Origin: Mycoplasma mycoides subsp. capri
Lineage (GTDB): Bacteria; Bacillota_I; Bacilli_A; Mycoplasmatales; Mycoplasmataceae
Direction of reading: 5' to 3'
Assembly: GCF_018389705.1 (NCBI RefSeq)
Contig: NZ_CP065581.1
Span: forward strand, 240,001 to 272,000
DNA: 32,000 bases
Shown: positions 11,676 to 25,768 of the stretch, one piece after another
How the letters are laid out: the number at the start of each line of letters is the position of its first letter
Numbering within the stretch: the stretch's first letter is position 1
Made by a program: the position numbers and the translations under genes
Notes under the pieces: model-generated
What the model was told of the DNA's origin: nothing
Databases searched by the model: none
The model's input: the letters and a program-made list of their open reading frames with translations, nothing else

Positions 11676-12584
11676 ATGACAAAATTTGTTGTTAATAAAA
11701 ACGATCAAAATCAAACTTTATTTAAGTTTTTAAAAAAGACTTTTAAAACTACACCAATTAGTGTGATTTATAAATGAATAAGAAATAAATCTATTAAGAT
11801 AAACTCTAAAAGAATTAGTGATAAAAATTATTTATTAAAAATAAATGATGTTATTGAAGTTTATGATTCAAATAAACCAATAATTAGAGATCAGTTTAAC
11901 TATATTAGTAATGTTAATTTAGATATTGTTTATGAAGATAATAATATTTTAATAGTTAATAAACCTAATAACTTAGAAATGCATTCAACTTATAATTTGT
12001 GCTTAGATGATATGGTTAAATCTTATTTAGTTGATAAAAAAGAATATGATATTTATTTAGAAAATTCTTTTGTGGTTTCTCATGTTCACCGTTTAGATAA
12101 ATTAACTAGTGGGTTAGTAATTTATGCTAAAAATAAAATTAGTTCAACTATTTTAACTAATGCATTTAAATCAAAAGATCAAATTAATAAATATTATTAT
12201 GCACTAACTAGTAGTGATTGAAATTTAGATGAGTTCTTACAAGTTAATGGTTATATTAATTATGATAGTAATATAAAAAAAGCTGACTTTAGTTTAGATA
12301 AAAAAAATAATTATAAATATTGTCAAACCGAGTTTAAACTAATTAATAAAAACTTAATTTTAGTAAAATTAATAACAGGAAAAAAACACCAAATTAGAAG
12401 TGTGTTAAGTTTTTATAATCATCCTATATTAAATGATTTTAGATATAATGGTAAAAAGATAAATGATTTAAAAATGATTTATTTATCAGCTTTTAAAATT
12501 GAATTTAAAAACTTAGAAAAACCATTAGATTATTTAAATAATAAGGTGTTTATAAAAAACCCAGAATGAATTAGTAAGGAGTAA
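11676..12584 (+). CDS. RluA-family pseudouridine synthase
   Basis: DIVYEDNNILIVNKPNNLEMH, HVHRLDKLTSGLVIYAKN (catalytic HRLD), LITGKKHQIRSVL. Confidence 0.9.
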
Positions 12585-12586
12585 TT

Positions 12587-14608
12587 ATGCAAGTAAATGT
12601 TGAATCAACAACTGCAAATATGCCTATTAATGATTCTAAAAAAACTACTTCAGCTAAAAGTGGTGTTTTTAGTGCTTTATTAGGTGTTGTGAGTTCAATA
12701 ACTAATATGATAATTCAATTCTTATTGATTTATTGAGTTTTACAAAGTTTTGGTACTGAAATTAGTGGGTTTATTAGAATTTCAATGTCATTATCAATAA
12801 TTGGAGGAACTGCTGAAGGAGCTTTAGCTTTATCAACAGTTTTAATGTTAACTGAACCTTTAAGTAAAAAAGATTGAATTACAGTTAATGAAATTTTTTC
12901 AACTGCAAAAAGAAATTATAATAATAAAATTGTTTCTGGATTTATTTTAGTTTTTTTATTATCTATTTTATATCCACTACAAATTGCAATTTCTCCACTA
13001 ATTACTAGTGGTGAATCAATTAAATGAGGAATTGATTTTACTACACCTTTATCAAAAACAACTTCTACTTTAAAGTTTTGAGAATTAAGTGCAATCTTTT
13101 TAATTTTAGGAACTAAACAAACTTTATCAGCTGGATTATTTGGTGTTCATGAAAACATAATGCAAGCTGATCAAAAGAATGCTAGTAAAAAATTAGTAGT
13201 TTTATTTTGTGATGTATTGTTTTATGGAATATTTTTTGTATTATTAAATTCTTATATTTATTGAAACGATAGACATACTCCAGTTTTATTATTTTTACCG
13301 TTTTTATTTTATCCAGTTATTAGAGGATTACTAATTACATCTTATGTTAAGAAAAAATATCCAGCTATAAAGTTTTATAATGATTTTAATAATTTAAATT
13401 TAATTAGAAGATCTACAAAAATTTATTGATCTTCAATTGGTCAATCTATTTTAGTTAATAGTGATTTAATTATTATCTTTTTAGCATTAGGTTCAATTGG
13501 TTTGAAAGTTTCATCTTTAATTTCTTTATATATGGTTGTTGCAATTAATTTAAGAATTATTATGACTTCTTTAGTAACTTCATTTAAAGAATATTTTTCA
13601 AGTGTAATTATTAAAAAAGGTCGACTAGATTGAGAAACTTATTCAAACTATGAGTTTTATTCTTATATAGTTGGTGTATTTTCATTTCTTATAACAAGCA
13701 TAATGACTCCATACATAGTTACAGGATTGTTTTCAAAAATTATTTTAAATGATGTTGATACAACAGGACTAACTAAAAAAACTATTGAATTTATTATTTT
13801 TAGTCCATTTTTTTCAGGTATTTTTGGAGCAACAACAGGTTTAATTGTTTTATTAGAATCAAAAATTACTTTAATACATGCAAAAGGGATGCATAGAACT
13901 ATAGCAAAACCACTGAATTTAATTGCTTTTAGCTTTTTTATAACTAGTTTTATAATTACTTTATTATTAAATCGTTTTATTGGAAATGTTGAAAGTAAAA
14001 TTAGTTGAGTAATTATTGTATTTTATAGTTCTAAAATTTTATTTTTAATAATTGCTTATATTTATTTATGAATTTTTTCTTGAGATAAATTAGTTTATAA
14101 TGCTAAATTTAATAGAATTATTCCAAATATTTTATTTTTAACTTTATCAGCTTGTTTAGTAATAGCATTTTCATTTAGTGCTGATGATATTTATATATTA
14201 TTAAAATTTGATACAAATAAAAAAGTACCAGTTGATATACTTCATATTATTTTAGGACTAATTATAATATTTATAGCAAGTTTTTTTATAGGTATACTAA
14301 CTTTTGTTTATAACAAAATTGTTAAAAATACTTCAGTTACTAGATTGATTTTTTATAGTTTACCTTTTATTAAAAGACTTAATAAAGAAAAACAAGAAAA
14401 AGCTAAAAGAGATTTATTTGAAAAAGAAAATATTAATATTGATAAGTTTTTATTAAAACAAGAAGATCTATTAAAAGCTATGTATGGGTTTAAAGAAAAA
14501 AAAGTAATTGATCAAGATGAGTTTGAAAAATATTCTAAATATAAACCAAAACCTAAAGTTTATATTTTAAAAGCTAGTGATATGAATAAAGATGAATCGG
14601 AGTATTAA
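12587..14608 (+). CDS. Multispan membrane protein, Wzx/MATE-like polysaccharide flippase family (tentative)
   Basis: About 12-14 hydrophobic segments; QSFGTEISGFIRISMSLSIIGGTAEGALALSTVLMLTEPL resembles the N-terminus of polysaccharide exporters. Frame continuous with TGA=Trp. Confidence 0.6.
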
Positions 14609-14611
14609 AAT

Positions 14612-16618
<2,007 letters not shown>

Positions 16619-16619
16619 T

Positions 16620-16916
16620 ATGTCAAATAGATTTAATAAAGAGTTTTGAAAAGAATTAGCTCATGATTTTATGTTTGAATTAAATGATGAAGAGCTTGAA
16701 AACTTAATGAGTGTTGAAGACAAACTTTTTGATGATTTTAAAAAAATCACTAGTATTGATACAACAGATGTTGAACCAACTTTTTATACAGTTAATCAAA
16801 TTCATTCATATTTAAGAGATGATGAACCAATACAAACTAATTGTCAAAAAGAAATTTTAGAAAATGCGCCAACTAAACATGATGATTACATCACAATAGC
16901 AAGGGTGGTTAAATAA
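16620..16916 (+). CDS. gatC: Aspartyl/glutamyl-tRNA amidotransferase subunit C
   Basis: Position directly upstream of gatA; DVEPTFYTVNQIHSYLRDDEPIQT is GatC-like. Confidence 0.85.
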
Positions 16917-18373
16917 TGCAAGATTATAGAAAAAAAAGTATTTTTGAAATTCACAAAGATTTAGTAGATAAAAAATATACTGTTTTAGATTTAACTAAAG
17001 AAGTATTAAAGAATTTAAAATACGAATTAGATTCTAATGCGATTAATTATTTAGCTGAAATTCATGCACTAAAACAAGCTAAAAAAATTGAAGAAAATTT
17101 TGACAGTAATAATTTGTTATCTGGAATACCATACATTTGTAAAGATAATTTTTCAACAAAAGATATTCCAACTACTGCTTCATCAAAAATACTAGAAAAT
17201 TATATTCCAAACTATTCAGCTGCCTTAGTTGATTCACTTGAAAAAAATCAATCTATATTAGTTGGAAAATCTGCTTTAGATGAACTTGGAATGGGTGGAA
17301 CTGGATTATTATCATGTAATGGTAAAATTGCAAATCCATGAGATAAAAATCGTATAGTTGGTGGTTCTAGTTCTGGGTCTGCTTATTTGGTTGCTAAAGG
17401 ATTAGTTCCATTTGCAACAGGAACTGATACTGGTGATTCAATTAGAAAACCAGCTAGTTATAATGGAATAGTTGGATTTAAGCCAACTTATGGAGTAATT
17501 TCAAGATATGGATTATTACCATATGCTCCAAGCTTAGATACAGCTGGATTTTTTACAAAAAATGTAGATGATATGGCAGTTTTATGTGATGCTAGTTATG
17601 ATAATGATAATAGAGATTTTTCATCAACAACAGCTGATCATGTTGACTTTTTAAAACAAATTGATGATTTTTCAAATATTAAAACTTTTGGATATATTAG
17701 TTCAGTAATTGAAAGTTTAGATCAAGAACATAAAACTCACTACTATAATTTATTTGAGACATTAAAAAATAAAGGTTATCAAATTAAAGCTTTAGATTTT
17801 AGACAAGATTTATTAGATGCAGTTTTACCTGTTTATTTAATGATTGCAAATAGTGAAAGTGTTTCAACTAATTCTTGCTTAGATGGAATTAAATATGGAA
17901 AAAGAGTAGATGGAAATGATTATAGTGAAATTATGATCAATTCAAGAACTCAAGGTTTTGGTGAAATTGTTAGACGTAGATTTGCAATAGGTTCACTAGT
18001 TTTAAAAGGTGAAAATCAAAAAAAATATTTAGTACAAGCTAAAAAAGTTAGAACTTTAATTAATCGTGACTTTAATAATTTATTTGATCAAGTTGATGTT
18101 TTATTATTACCACCATCACCATCTATTGCTCCATTAATTGAAGAAATTAATAATCCAAATAAAAAATCTCAAGAAAAAGATTTTATTGAAAATATTTTAG
18201 TTTTAGCTAATTTTACAGGTAGTCCTTCAATTACTATTCCATTTTTTAAAACTAAAAATATGCCAGTTGGAATTAATATTACAACAAAAGTTAAAACAGA
18301 TTTACTAACACTACAAGCAGCTAAATTATTAGAAAATATTATTGGAATTAAAAACCAAATTGTTGAGGACTAA
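16916..18373 (+). CDS. gatA: Aspartyl/glutamyl-tRNA amidotransferase subunit A
   Basis: GIPYICKDNFSTKDIPTTASSKIL and amidase signature GGSSSGSAYLVAKGLVPFATGTDTGDSIRKPASYNGIVGFKPTYG. Confidence 0.97.
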
Positions 18374-18374
18374 T

Positions 18375-19814
18375 ATGCAAAATTTTGAAATTATTATTGG
18401 AGTTGAAAACCATGTTGAATTAAAAACTAATTCAAAAATGTTTTCACCAAGTAAAGTTAGTTACGGACAAATTCCAAATACTTTAGCAAATGAAATTGAT
18501 TTAGCTTATCCTGGAACTTTACCAAGTGTTAATAAAAAAGGAGTAGAGTTAGCTATTCTAGCATGTAATGCTTTAAATATGCAAATTGATACTTTATTAA
18601 CTTTTGATCGTAAAAACTATTTTTATCCAGATTTAACTAAAGGTTTTCAAATCACTCAACAATTTAATCCAATTGGAACAAATGGTAGTTTAGAAATAAT
18701 TTTAGAAAATGGAAATAAAAAAGTAGTTGAAATTGAACGTTTGCATATTGAAGAAGATACTGCAAAACAAGTTCATAAAGATAATTTAACTTATCTTGAC
18801 TATAATAGATCTGGTGTTGGGTTAATTGAAATTGTTACAAAACCAGTATTAAGAAGTGCTGAAGAAGCCTGTTTATATGTTGAAAAACTTAGAGAAATTT
18901 TATTATTTTTAAATGTTAGTGATGTAAAAATGAATGAAGGTTCACTAAGAACTGATTTAAATATTTCTTTAAGACCTTATGGTAGTGATAAATTTTCAAA
19001 TAAAGTTGAAATTAAAAACTTAAACTCTATTTCAAATATTAAAAAAGCTGTTGAATTTGAAATTAATAGACAAAAAGAAATTTTATTAAAAAATCAAATT
19101 GTTGAACAACAAACAAGAAGATTTGATGATCAAACTAGTTCAACTATTTTAATGAGAAGTAAGATTGATAGTATTGATTATAGATATTTTAGAGAACCAA
19201 ACATTTTTCCAATTCAACTAGATCAAAAATGAGTTGATAAAATTATTTCAAATTCTCCTGAACTAGCAGATCAAAAACGTATTAGATATGTAAATGAATT
19301 AGGTTTAACTATTGAAGATGCTAATATTATTTTAACTAGTTTAGAAATGACACAGTTTTTTGAAAAAACTATTAAATTAACTACTAATTATAATAAAGTT
19401 GCTAAAATGTTGATTTCAGAAATTCAAGCTAAATTGAATTTAGAAAATAAAACAATAGATCAAATTGAATTAAGTCCAGAAAATTTAGCTAGTGTAATTA
19501 ATTTAATTGATAAAAACATTATTTCATCAAAACAAACAAAAGTAATTATGCCAATTATATTAGATTCAAATAATGAAACTGTTGAACAAATTGTTGAAAG
19601 ATTAAATCTAAAATTAATTACAAATAAAGATGAAATTTCAAAATTATTAGTAAATATTATTAATCAAAACAAAGATTTATTAAATCAATATTCTACTCGT
19701 CCTGAAAGAGTAATTAAAACAATTATGGGTCAATTAATGAAACAAACTAATGGTAATGTTGATCCTGAAATTGCAAATGAAATTGTAATTAAAGAAATTG
19801 AAAAGAATTTATAA
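18375..19814 (+). CDS. gatB: Aspartyl/glutamyl-tRNA amidotransferase subunit B
   Basis: IIGVENHVELKTNSKMFSPS, YFYPDLTKGFQITQQFNPIG, DYNRSGVGLIEIVTKPVLRS. Confidence 0.97.
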
Positions 19815-19849
19815 CAATAAAAAATGGGCAATGCCCATTTTTTATTGTT
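19813..19849. terminator. Bidirectional terminator between convergent gatB and ktrA-like genes
   Basis: AACAATAAAAAATGGGC-AAT-GCCCATTTTTTATTGTT, 17-bp perfect arms, T-runs on both strands. Confidence 0.9.
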
Positions 19850-20570
19850 CTTCAGTTAAAAGGTTTGGATCAGTTTCTTCATCAATCATACCTTGAATTT
19901 TTTCAGCTAAACTATTAATAATAGTAGTTCTTGCAAAAACTACAATATGATCTCCTTCTTTTAGTTCTGTATAATCATCTGGTAATAAGATCTTACCTTT
20001 TCTTCTAATTTGAATAATATTAAAATCTTTATTTGTTGATAAACCAACTTGTTGAATATTTTTATTAAATAAATCAGGGTTTTTAACTTCTAAAGTTGAA
20101 GAGATAAATTCATCATCAATTGAATGTACTTCAATATCAAAATCAATATTAAAAATTACTCTAGTAGCTGTAATTTCTCCAGCAATTTTATTAGGAACAA
20201 TAATTTGGTTTTCAGTTAAACCTAACGCTAGTAAAACTCTTCTATAATTATCATCTTTTGCTTTAACTGTAATATTAGTACATTTTAAATCTAGTAAGTT
20301 TAAAACTGTTACTAGTGATGATTCTAATTCGTTTTCAATTCCAACAATCACTCAATCATATGATTGAATTCCTTTTTTTGCTAGAGCTACTTTATTAGTT
20401 GTATCAATTACAATTCCTTCAACTGTATCAAATTCAGATAAATATAAATTCAAACGTCTTTCATCAATATCAAAAACAGTTACAGATTGTCTTTTTTGTA
20501 CTAAAGTTTCAATAACAGATAAAGTAAAGTTAGAAACACCAATGATTGCAAAGTTTTGTTTTTTTGCCAT
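19842..20570 (-). CDS. ktrA: Potassium uptake regulatory subunit, KtrA/TrkA-N RCK family
   Basis: NFAIIGVSNFTLSVIETLVQKRQSVTVFDIDE Rossmann start; C-terminal TrkA-C-like domain. Two ORF pieces join through TGA=Trp (QSYDWVIVGIENE). Confidence 0.85.
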
Positions 20571-20648
20571 AAATTATCCCTTCTTACCTAATTAAATTAT
20601 ACATTTTTATCAAAATGATATAATAATATATTGAAAAGAGGTGGATTT

Positions 20649-22250
20649 ATGTTTTTTAAGAAAAAAAATAATAAAAAACACAAGCTAAAATTCACCTCAA
20701 GACTTTTTAAAAAAACTTCAAATTTTAATGAAGAAAAGTATAAATTTTTCCGACTAGTTAAAGATATTTGACCACTTTCTAAAACTTCAGGAAAGATTTT
20801 TTTAATTTATGTAGCAATTATTTTATTAGGTGGGTTATTATTATCAATTCCTAACTTTTCACTAACTAAAAGTGGATCTAAATATAATTGAGATTTTTTA
20901 ACTGGAATATTTATTGCTTCATCTGGATTTAGTGATACCGGTTTAACTGTTTTAGATGTTTCTCATTCTTATACTTTTTGAGGGCAGTTAATTTTATTAT
21001 TACTAATTGAATTTGGTGGAATTGGTGTTTTAACTTTTAAAATTGTTTTATTTTTAATTATTAATAAAAAAATCTCAATTTCAGATACTATAGTTGCTCA
21101 ATCTGAAAGAGGAAGTGCTACAACTAGTTTAACTATTGATCTAATTAAAGATGGGTTTATTTGATTAACTTCAGTTCAAGTAGTTTCAGCTTTTATTTTA
21201 TTCTTTTTATTCTTTTTTAACCAACCTTCAAACAATCCAAATTTAGAAGTGGTTTCACCATATCATGATTTTTGAAAATCATTATGATTTGCTGTTTTTC
21301 ATTCTACTAGTGCTGTAAATAATGCTGGGTTTGATATTATTTCACCAAACTCATTACAACCATATAATGTAGATAATCATAGAGTTTATGCTATTCAAGT
21401 AATTTTTATGCTTGAGTGAATAATTGGTGGATTAGGTTATCCTACTTTTCATGATATTAAGCGTAAATTAAAAGCTAGAAAAACTAAAGAAAAAATTAAT
21501 TTTAGTTTATTTACAAAAATTAATTTCTGAGTGTATTTAGTATTATTTATTTTTGGTCCTTTAGCTGTTTTTGCAACAGAATATTCAAATTACAATCATT
21601 CATTAATTTTTCATTATTATGATGAAAACTTTACTGTTTTAAATGCTAAATCTAATACTGTTGTTTTTATGGATATTTTATTTAATACAACAGCTTCAAG
21701 AAATGCAGGATTTTCAACAATTGATATTTCAACTTTTAATTCAGGATCAAAAGCTATATTATCAATTTTAATGTTTATTGGATCAGCACCAAGTTCAACT
21801 GCTGGAGGAATTAGAACTACAACTTTTGGAGTATTGCTTTTATCAACTTTTACAATTATTAAAAACCAAAAATTCACAAGTGCTTTTAGAAAAACTATAC
21901 CTAGTGAAACTGTTAATAGAAGTTATGCAGCATTCTTTATTTCAACATTTTTAATTTTTATTGCTTTATTTATTATTTATGTTGATTCAAATAGTGTTTT
22001 TCATACTTTAAAAAATCATAATAGTGCTTCAATTAATACTATTTTATTAATTACTAGTGCATTTGGGACTGTTGGATTATCTCCTTTAGCTCATTTTCAA
22101 ATGTATCAATTAGGAGTTGTTACTAAAATATCAATTATTTTAATTATGTTTATTGGTCAATTAGGAGTTTCAAATACTTTATTAATCTTTTTAAAACCTG
22201 CAAGAGATAAAGCTTATAAATATCTTGAAGAAGATATAACTATAGGATAG
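20649..22250 (+). CDS. ktrB: Potassium uptake transmembrane subunit, KtrB/TrkH family
   Basis: Repeated P-loop/filter segments: IASSGFSDTGLTVLD, STSAVNNAGFDIISP, NTTASRNAGFSTIDIS; IMFIGSAPSSTAGGIRTTTFG. Confidence 0.9.
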
Positions 22251-22258
22251 GTGATAGT

Positions 22259-23125
22259 ATGGTTATTTTAGATGGTAAGTTAGTTTCAAAACAAATCAAA
22301 GAAGCTTTAAAACAACAAATTGACACATATTTAAATAAAAACTATAAAAAACCTAAATTAGCTGTAATTTTAATTGGAAATGATCCAGCAAGCGAATTAT
22401 ATGTTTCAAATAAAATAAAAGCTTGTAACTTAGTAGGAATTGAATCAGTGTTATTAAGATTTGATCAAAATATTACTAGTGAAATGTTATCTGATCAAAT
22501 TAATCAATTAAATAATGATAATAGTGTTGATGCAATTTTATTACAATTACCATTACCAAAACATTTAAATGAACAAGAGTTTTTACAAGCAATCGATCCT
22601 TTAAAAGATGTTGATGGATTTCATTATATTAATCAAGGAAAAATGTTAGAAGGTTATGATACTATTTATCCTTGTACACCAATTGGAATTATTAATTTAT
22701 TAAAAGCTTATAATATTGATGTTAAATCAAAAGATATAACTATTATTGGAACTTCAAATATTGTTGGAAAACCTTTAGCAATAATGTTATCTAATATGGG
22801 TGCAACAATTAGTATGTGTAATAAAAATACAAAGAGTTTAAAAAAATATACTAAAAGATCTGATATAGTAATTTCAGCTACTGGAAAACAAGCACTTATT
22901 AAAAAAGATATGATTAAAAAAAATGCTATTGTAATTGATGTTGGAATTATAAAAGATCCAATTACTAATAAAATAGTTGGTGATGTTGATTTTGAAAATG
23001 TTAAAGAACTTTGTTCATATATTACTCCAGTTCCAGGTGGAGTTGGGCCTATGACTGTTGCTATGTTATTAGAAAATACATTTGAATTATACAAATTACA
23101 TATAAAGGAAAATTATGAAAACTAG
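22259..23125 (+). CDS. folD: Bifunctional methylenetetrahydrofolate dehydrogenase/cyclohydrolase
   Basis: VILIGNDPASELYVSNKIKAC, VDAILLQLPLPKHL, PCTPIGIINLL, IIGTSNIVGKPLA, YITPVPGGVGPMTVAMLLENT. Confidence 0.97.
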   Translation: MVILDGKLVSKQIKEALKQQIDTYLNKNYKKPKLAVILIGNDPASELYVSNKIKACNLVGIESVLLRFDQNITSEMLSDQINQLNNDNSVDAILLQLPLPKHLNEQEFLQAIDPLKDVDGFHYINQGKMLEGYDTIYPCTPIGIINLLKAYNIDVKSKDITIIGTSNIVGKPLAIMLSNMGATISMCNKNTKSLKKYTKRSDIVISATGKQALIKKDMIKKNAIVIDVGIIKDPITNKIVGDVDFENVKELCSYITPVPGGVGPMTVAMLLENTFELYKLHIKENYEN

Positions 23126-23870
23126 TTTTAAAAATAATCGTCCTAAAAGACATTATATATATAATGATATTTTTAAAAAAGCTAATTTAATTATTCAAAT
23201 ATCAAGTGCTATATTTATGCTATTAGCAACTATTGGGTTTATGTTTGGAATAGTTGGAATTACTTTAGGAACTGTTAATAACACTACAAATATTAAATTA
23301 AATACAATTAGTGGAATTATTTTATTAGTAATTAGTAGTTATGTGTTTTTAATGTGTGCTATTAGTTTGTGTTTATCAGTTATTAGTAATTATCATAAAA
23401 CTACAATTTATTTAGAGATTTTAGCAATTTTTAGTATAGTTTCAATAGTATGTATGATTGGTGGTTTTTTAATTATATTTAGTAGTAATAAATATAAAGA
23501 TGAGCAAGAAAAAAACACTAATAATCAATTAGAAAATCAAAATGATAACAACCAAAAAACTGAAGATAAACAACAAATTGAAAATCAAACTAATAATCAA
23601 TCTAAAGATAATTTTATTTCTAATCCAAATCAAAATGTTAATCCAAGCCAACAAATAGCTTCAGACCATTATCATGCAAATATAAGTAGAATAAATAATA
23701 ATCAAATTAATAATCAAAGATTAGAACAAGCTAAAAAAAATGAAAAATATCAGCAAGTAAAAAGAACTTATCAATTAGTAAAAGAACATAAACTAAGTGA
23801 AGATAAACTACAATCTATTTTTAATTCTGATCCTGAATTTAAACAAATGTATGATGAGTTAAAAAAATAA
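23115..23870 (+). CDS. Uncharacterised membrane protein with Asn/Gln-rich cytoplasmic-type tail
   Basis: ATG overlaps the folD 3' end by 11 nt. Three to four hydrophobic segments, then NTNNQLENQNDNNQKTEDKQQIENQTNNQSKDN and a charged C-terminus. Confidence 0.7.
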   Translation: MKTSFKNNRPKRHYIYNDIFKKANLIIQISSAIFMLLATIGFMFGIVGITLGTVNNTTNIKLNTISGIILLVISSYVFLMCAISLCLSVISNYHKTTIYLEILAIFSIVSIVCMIGGFLIIFSSNKYKDEQEKNTNNQLENQNDNNQKTEDKQQIENQTNNQSKDNFISNPNQNVNPSQQIASDHYHANISRINNNQINNQRLEQAKKNEKYQQVKRTYQLVKEHKLSEDKLQSIFNSDPEFKQMYDELKK

Positions 23871-23876
23871 TTAGAC

Positions 23877-23905
23877 AAAATAAGCAATTGCTTATTTTTT
23901 TATTT
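23877..23905 (+). terminator. Rho-independent terminator
   Basis: AAAATAAGCAATTGCTTATTTT perfect palindrome plus T-run. Confidence 0.85.
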
Positions 23906-23980
23906 AATTTTTTAAAAAATACTAGTAAAAAAATAATAAATTTGTACAATATTGATATTAAAAGAAAGATTGTTATTAAA

Positions 23981-25138
23981 ATGTTGTTTAAAGTTTTAAG
24001 TTTTATATTAGTTAGTAGTTCAGCATTATTAGTTGTTAGTTGTTCAAATAAAAACCAAAATAATAGTATAAAAAAAGAAATTATTAAAAAAGAATTAACA
24101 ATAGAACAAAAACAAGCTATTAATGATATTTTTGTATCTCAACAAGATGCTTTTGCAACTTTTCATACTTATAAAGATGTTTTAGATCAACTAAAAGTAT
24201 TTTTAAGTAAAAAAAATTTAAATGAAGTTATTTTATTTGATGAAAATCAAAAAGATAAACATTTAGTTTTAGATAATAATGCTAATAAGAACTCTGTTAA
24301 AATCAGAGTTTTTGGTAATGTTTTTGAGTTTAAACCAAAAACTGTAAAAGAGTATGTAGAAACTAAATATAGTGATGATACTAAAACTAAAGTGACTCAA
24401 TTAGGATATAAAAAAGAAACAATAAAAAATGTAGATTATTATGTTTTAAATAGATTAGATAAAAATACAAATGAAGTTCCAATTGATCTGCCATTAAAAA
24501 TTAATTCATTAAGTGATTCTTTTAAAGAAAATAAAAATGAAAAAATCACTAATATTGACAAATGAGATACTAGAAACATTATTTCTTTAAAAAACATGTT
24601 TTATTCAGCAAAAAGTTTTAATCAAAATATTTCTAGTTGAAATATTTCTAATGTTGTAAATATGTCAGCTATGTTTTTTGAAGCTGAAAAATTTAATCAA
24701 CCAATAGGTAACTGAGATGTTTCAAAGGTTACTGATATGGATTTTTTGTTTGATGGAGCAATAACATTTAATCAAAATATAAATGATTGAAGAACTGATA
24801 GTTTGACAGATCTAACTTATACTTTTAGAAGTGCTATAAGTTTTAATCAGCCATTAAATAATTGAAATGTTTCAAAAGTTAAAAGTATGGATGGTATGTT
24901 TACTGAAGCTACTAGTTTTAATCAAGATATTAGTTTGTGAAATACAAGTAATGTTGAATCAATGAATGGAATGTTTTCTTCAGCAGATAAATTCAATCAA
25001 AATCTAAGTTCTTGAAATGTTAAAAAAGTTGGAAATGCTCAAAATTTTGCAAATGGTTTAAAATCAGTTATGACTAAAGATAAGCTTCCAAAATTTAATG
25101 AAAAGTACTCAGATGATAAATACATTTATGGTAGTTAA
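23981..25138 (+). CDS. Lipoprotein with BspA-like DUF285 repeats (paralog of 5037..6281)
   Basis: Signal peptide MLFKVLSFILVSSSALLVVSC; repeats KSFNQNISSWNISNVVNMSAMFFEAEKFNQPIGNWDVSKVTDMDFLF etc.; TGA=Trp in repeats. Confidence 0.9.
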
Positions 25139-25177
25139 AAAATAATTTATAAAAATAAAAAAATATTAAGTAAAATC

Positions 25178-25206
25178 TTGAAAATGATAATCAGTAATGG
25201 TATTAT
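25178..25206 (+). promoter_or_regulatory. Promoter of the tRNA operon
   Basis: TTGAAA - 17 nt - TATTAT, about 40 nt upstream of tRNA-Asn. Confidence 0.75.
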
Positions 25207-25245
25207 TTTTAGTGTCTTAGATAAATATGACCAATTAAAAGATAT

Positions 25246-25321
25246 GGCTTTTTAGCTCAGCAGGTAGAGCAACCGGCTGTTAACCGGTTTGTCACAGGTT
25301 CGAGCCCTGTAAAAGCCGCCA
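25246..25321 (+). tRNA. tRNA-Asn(GTT)
   Basis: GGCTTTT...AAAAGCC acceptor arm, anticodon loop CTGTTAA, GGTTCGAGCC T-arm, encoded GCCA 3' end. Confidence 0.95.
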
Positions 25322-25328
25322 TTATCTT

Positions 25329-25404
25329 GGCCTGTTGGTGAAGCGGTTAACACACACGGTTTTCATCCGTGGACACACGGGTTCGAACCCCGTACAGGCT
25401 ACCA
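25329..25404 (+). tRNA. tRNA-Glu(TTC)
   Basis: GGCCTGT...ACAGGCT acceptor (G-U first pair), anticodon loop TTTTCAT, GGGTTCGAACCCC T-arm, ACCA end. Confidence 0.95.
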
Positions 25405-25411
25405 TATTTTC

Positions 25412-25487
25412 GGAGTGTTAGCTCAGCTGGGAGAGCTCCTGCCTTACAAGCAGGCGGTCATAGGTTCAAGTCCTATACACTCCACCA
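25412..25487 (+). tRNA. tRNA-Val(TAC)
   Basis: GGAGTGT...ACACTCC acceptor, anticodon loop CTTACAA, encoded ACCA. Confidence 0.95.
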
Positions 25488-25499
25488 TTTTTTATTTAT

Positions 25500-25575
25500 G
25501 CTGACTTAGCTCAGCAGGCAGAGCAACTGACTTGTAATCAGTAGGTCGTAGGTTCGATTCCTATAGTCAGCACCA
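25500..25575 (+). tRNA. tRNA-Thr(TGT)
   Basis: GCTGACT...AGTCAGC acceptor, anticodon loop CTTGTAA, encoded ACCA. Confidence 0.95.
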
Positions 25576-25586
25576 TTAGAAAACTC

Positions 25587-25612
25587 GAGCACTACTGTGC
25601 TCTTTATTTTTA
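25587..25612 (+). terminator. Terminator of the tRNA operon
   Basis: GAGCAC-TACT-GTGCTC followed by TTTATTTTT. Confidence 0.8.
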
Positions 25613-25713
25613 AAATTTAAACAACCAAATATCTTACAAATTGTTCTATTTGACATTCATATTACTAATAAGATAAATTAATTATTTATATAAGAATTTA
25701 ATTTACATAATTT

Positions 25714-25742
25714 AAGAAGATCATCTTGATCTTCTTTTTTTG
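25714..25742 (+). terminator. Second rho-independent terminator or stable hairpin
   Basis: AAGAAGATCA-TCT-TGATCTTCTT plus T-run. Confidence 0.75.
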
Positions 25743-25768
25743 TTTTATAGTAAATAAAAATAAAAAAA

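Noticed and set aside
16916-18373. gatA appearing split at about 17342-17386 and other TGA-split genes as pseudogenes
   Set aside because: The pieces are in the same frame and the break is a TGA=Trp codon (NPWDKNRIVGGSSSGS), so the gene is intact.
21617-21877. Minus-strand 86-aa ORF
   Set aside because: Lies entirely antisense to the strongly supported KtrB-like gene.
22708-23094. Minus-strand 128-aa ORF
   Set aside because: Entirely antisense to folD, whose conserved motifs establish the coding strand.
23888-23980. Upstream extension of the second DUF285 lipoprotein
   Set aside because: It would place about 30 residues before the signal peptide and begins within a terminator; ATG at 23981 is preferred.
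25246-25575. tRNA cluster as attachment site of a mobile element
   Set aside because: No integrase, transposase or direct repeats of a tRNA 3' end were seen downstream; only the short tsaD-like fossil hints at rearrangement.
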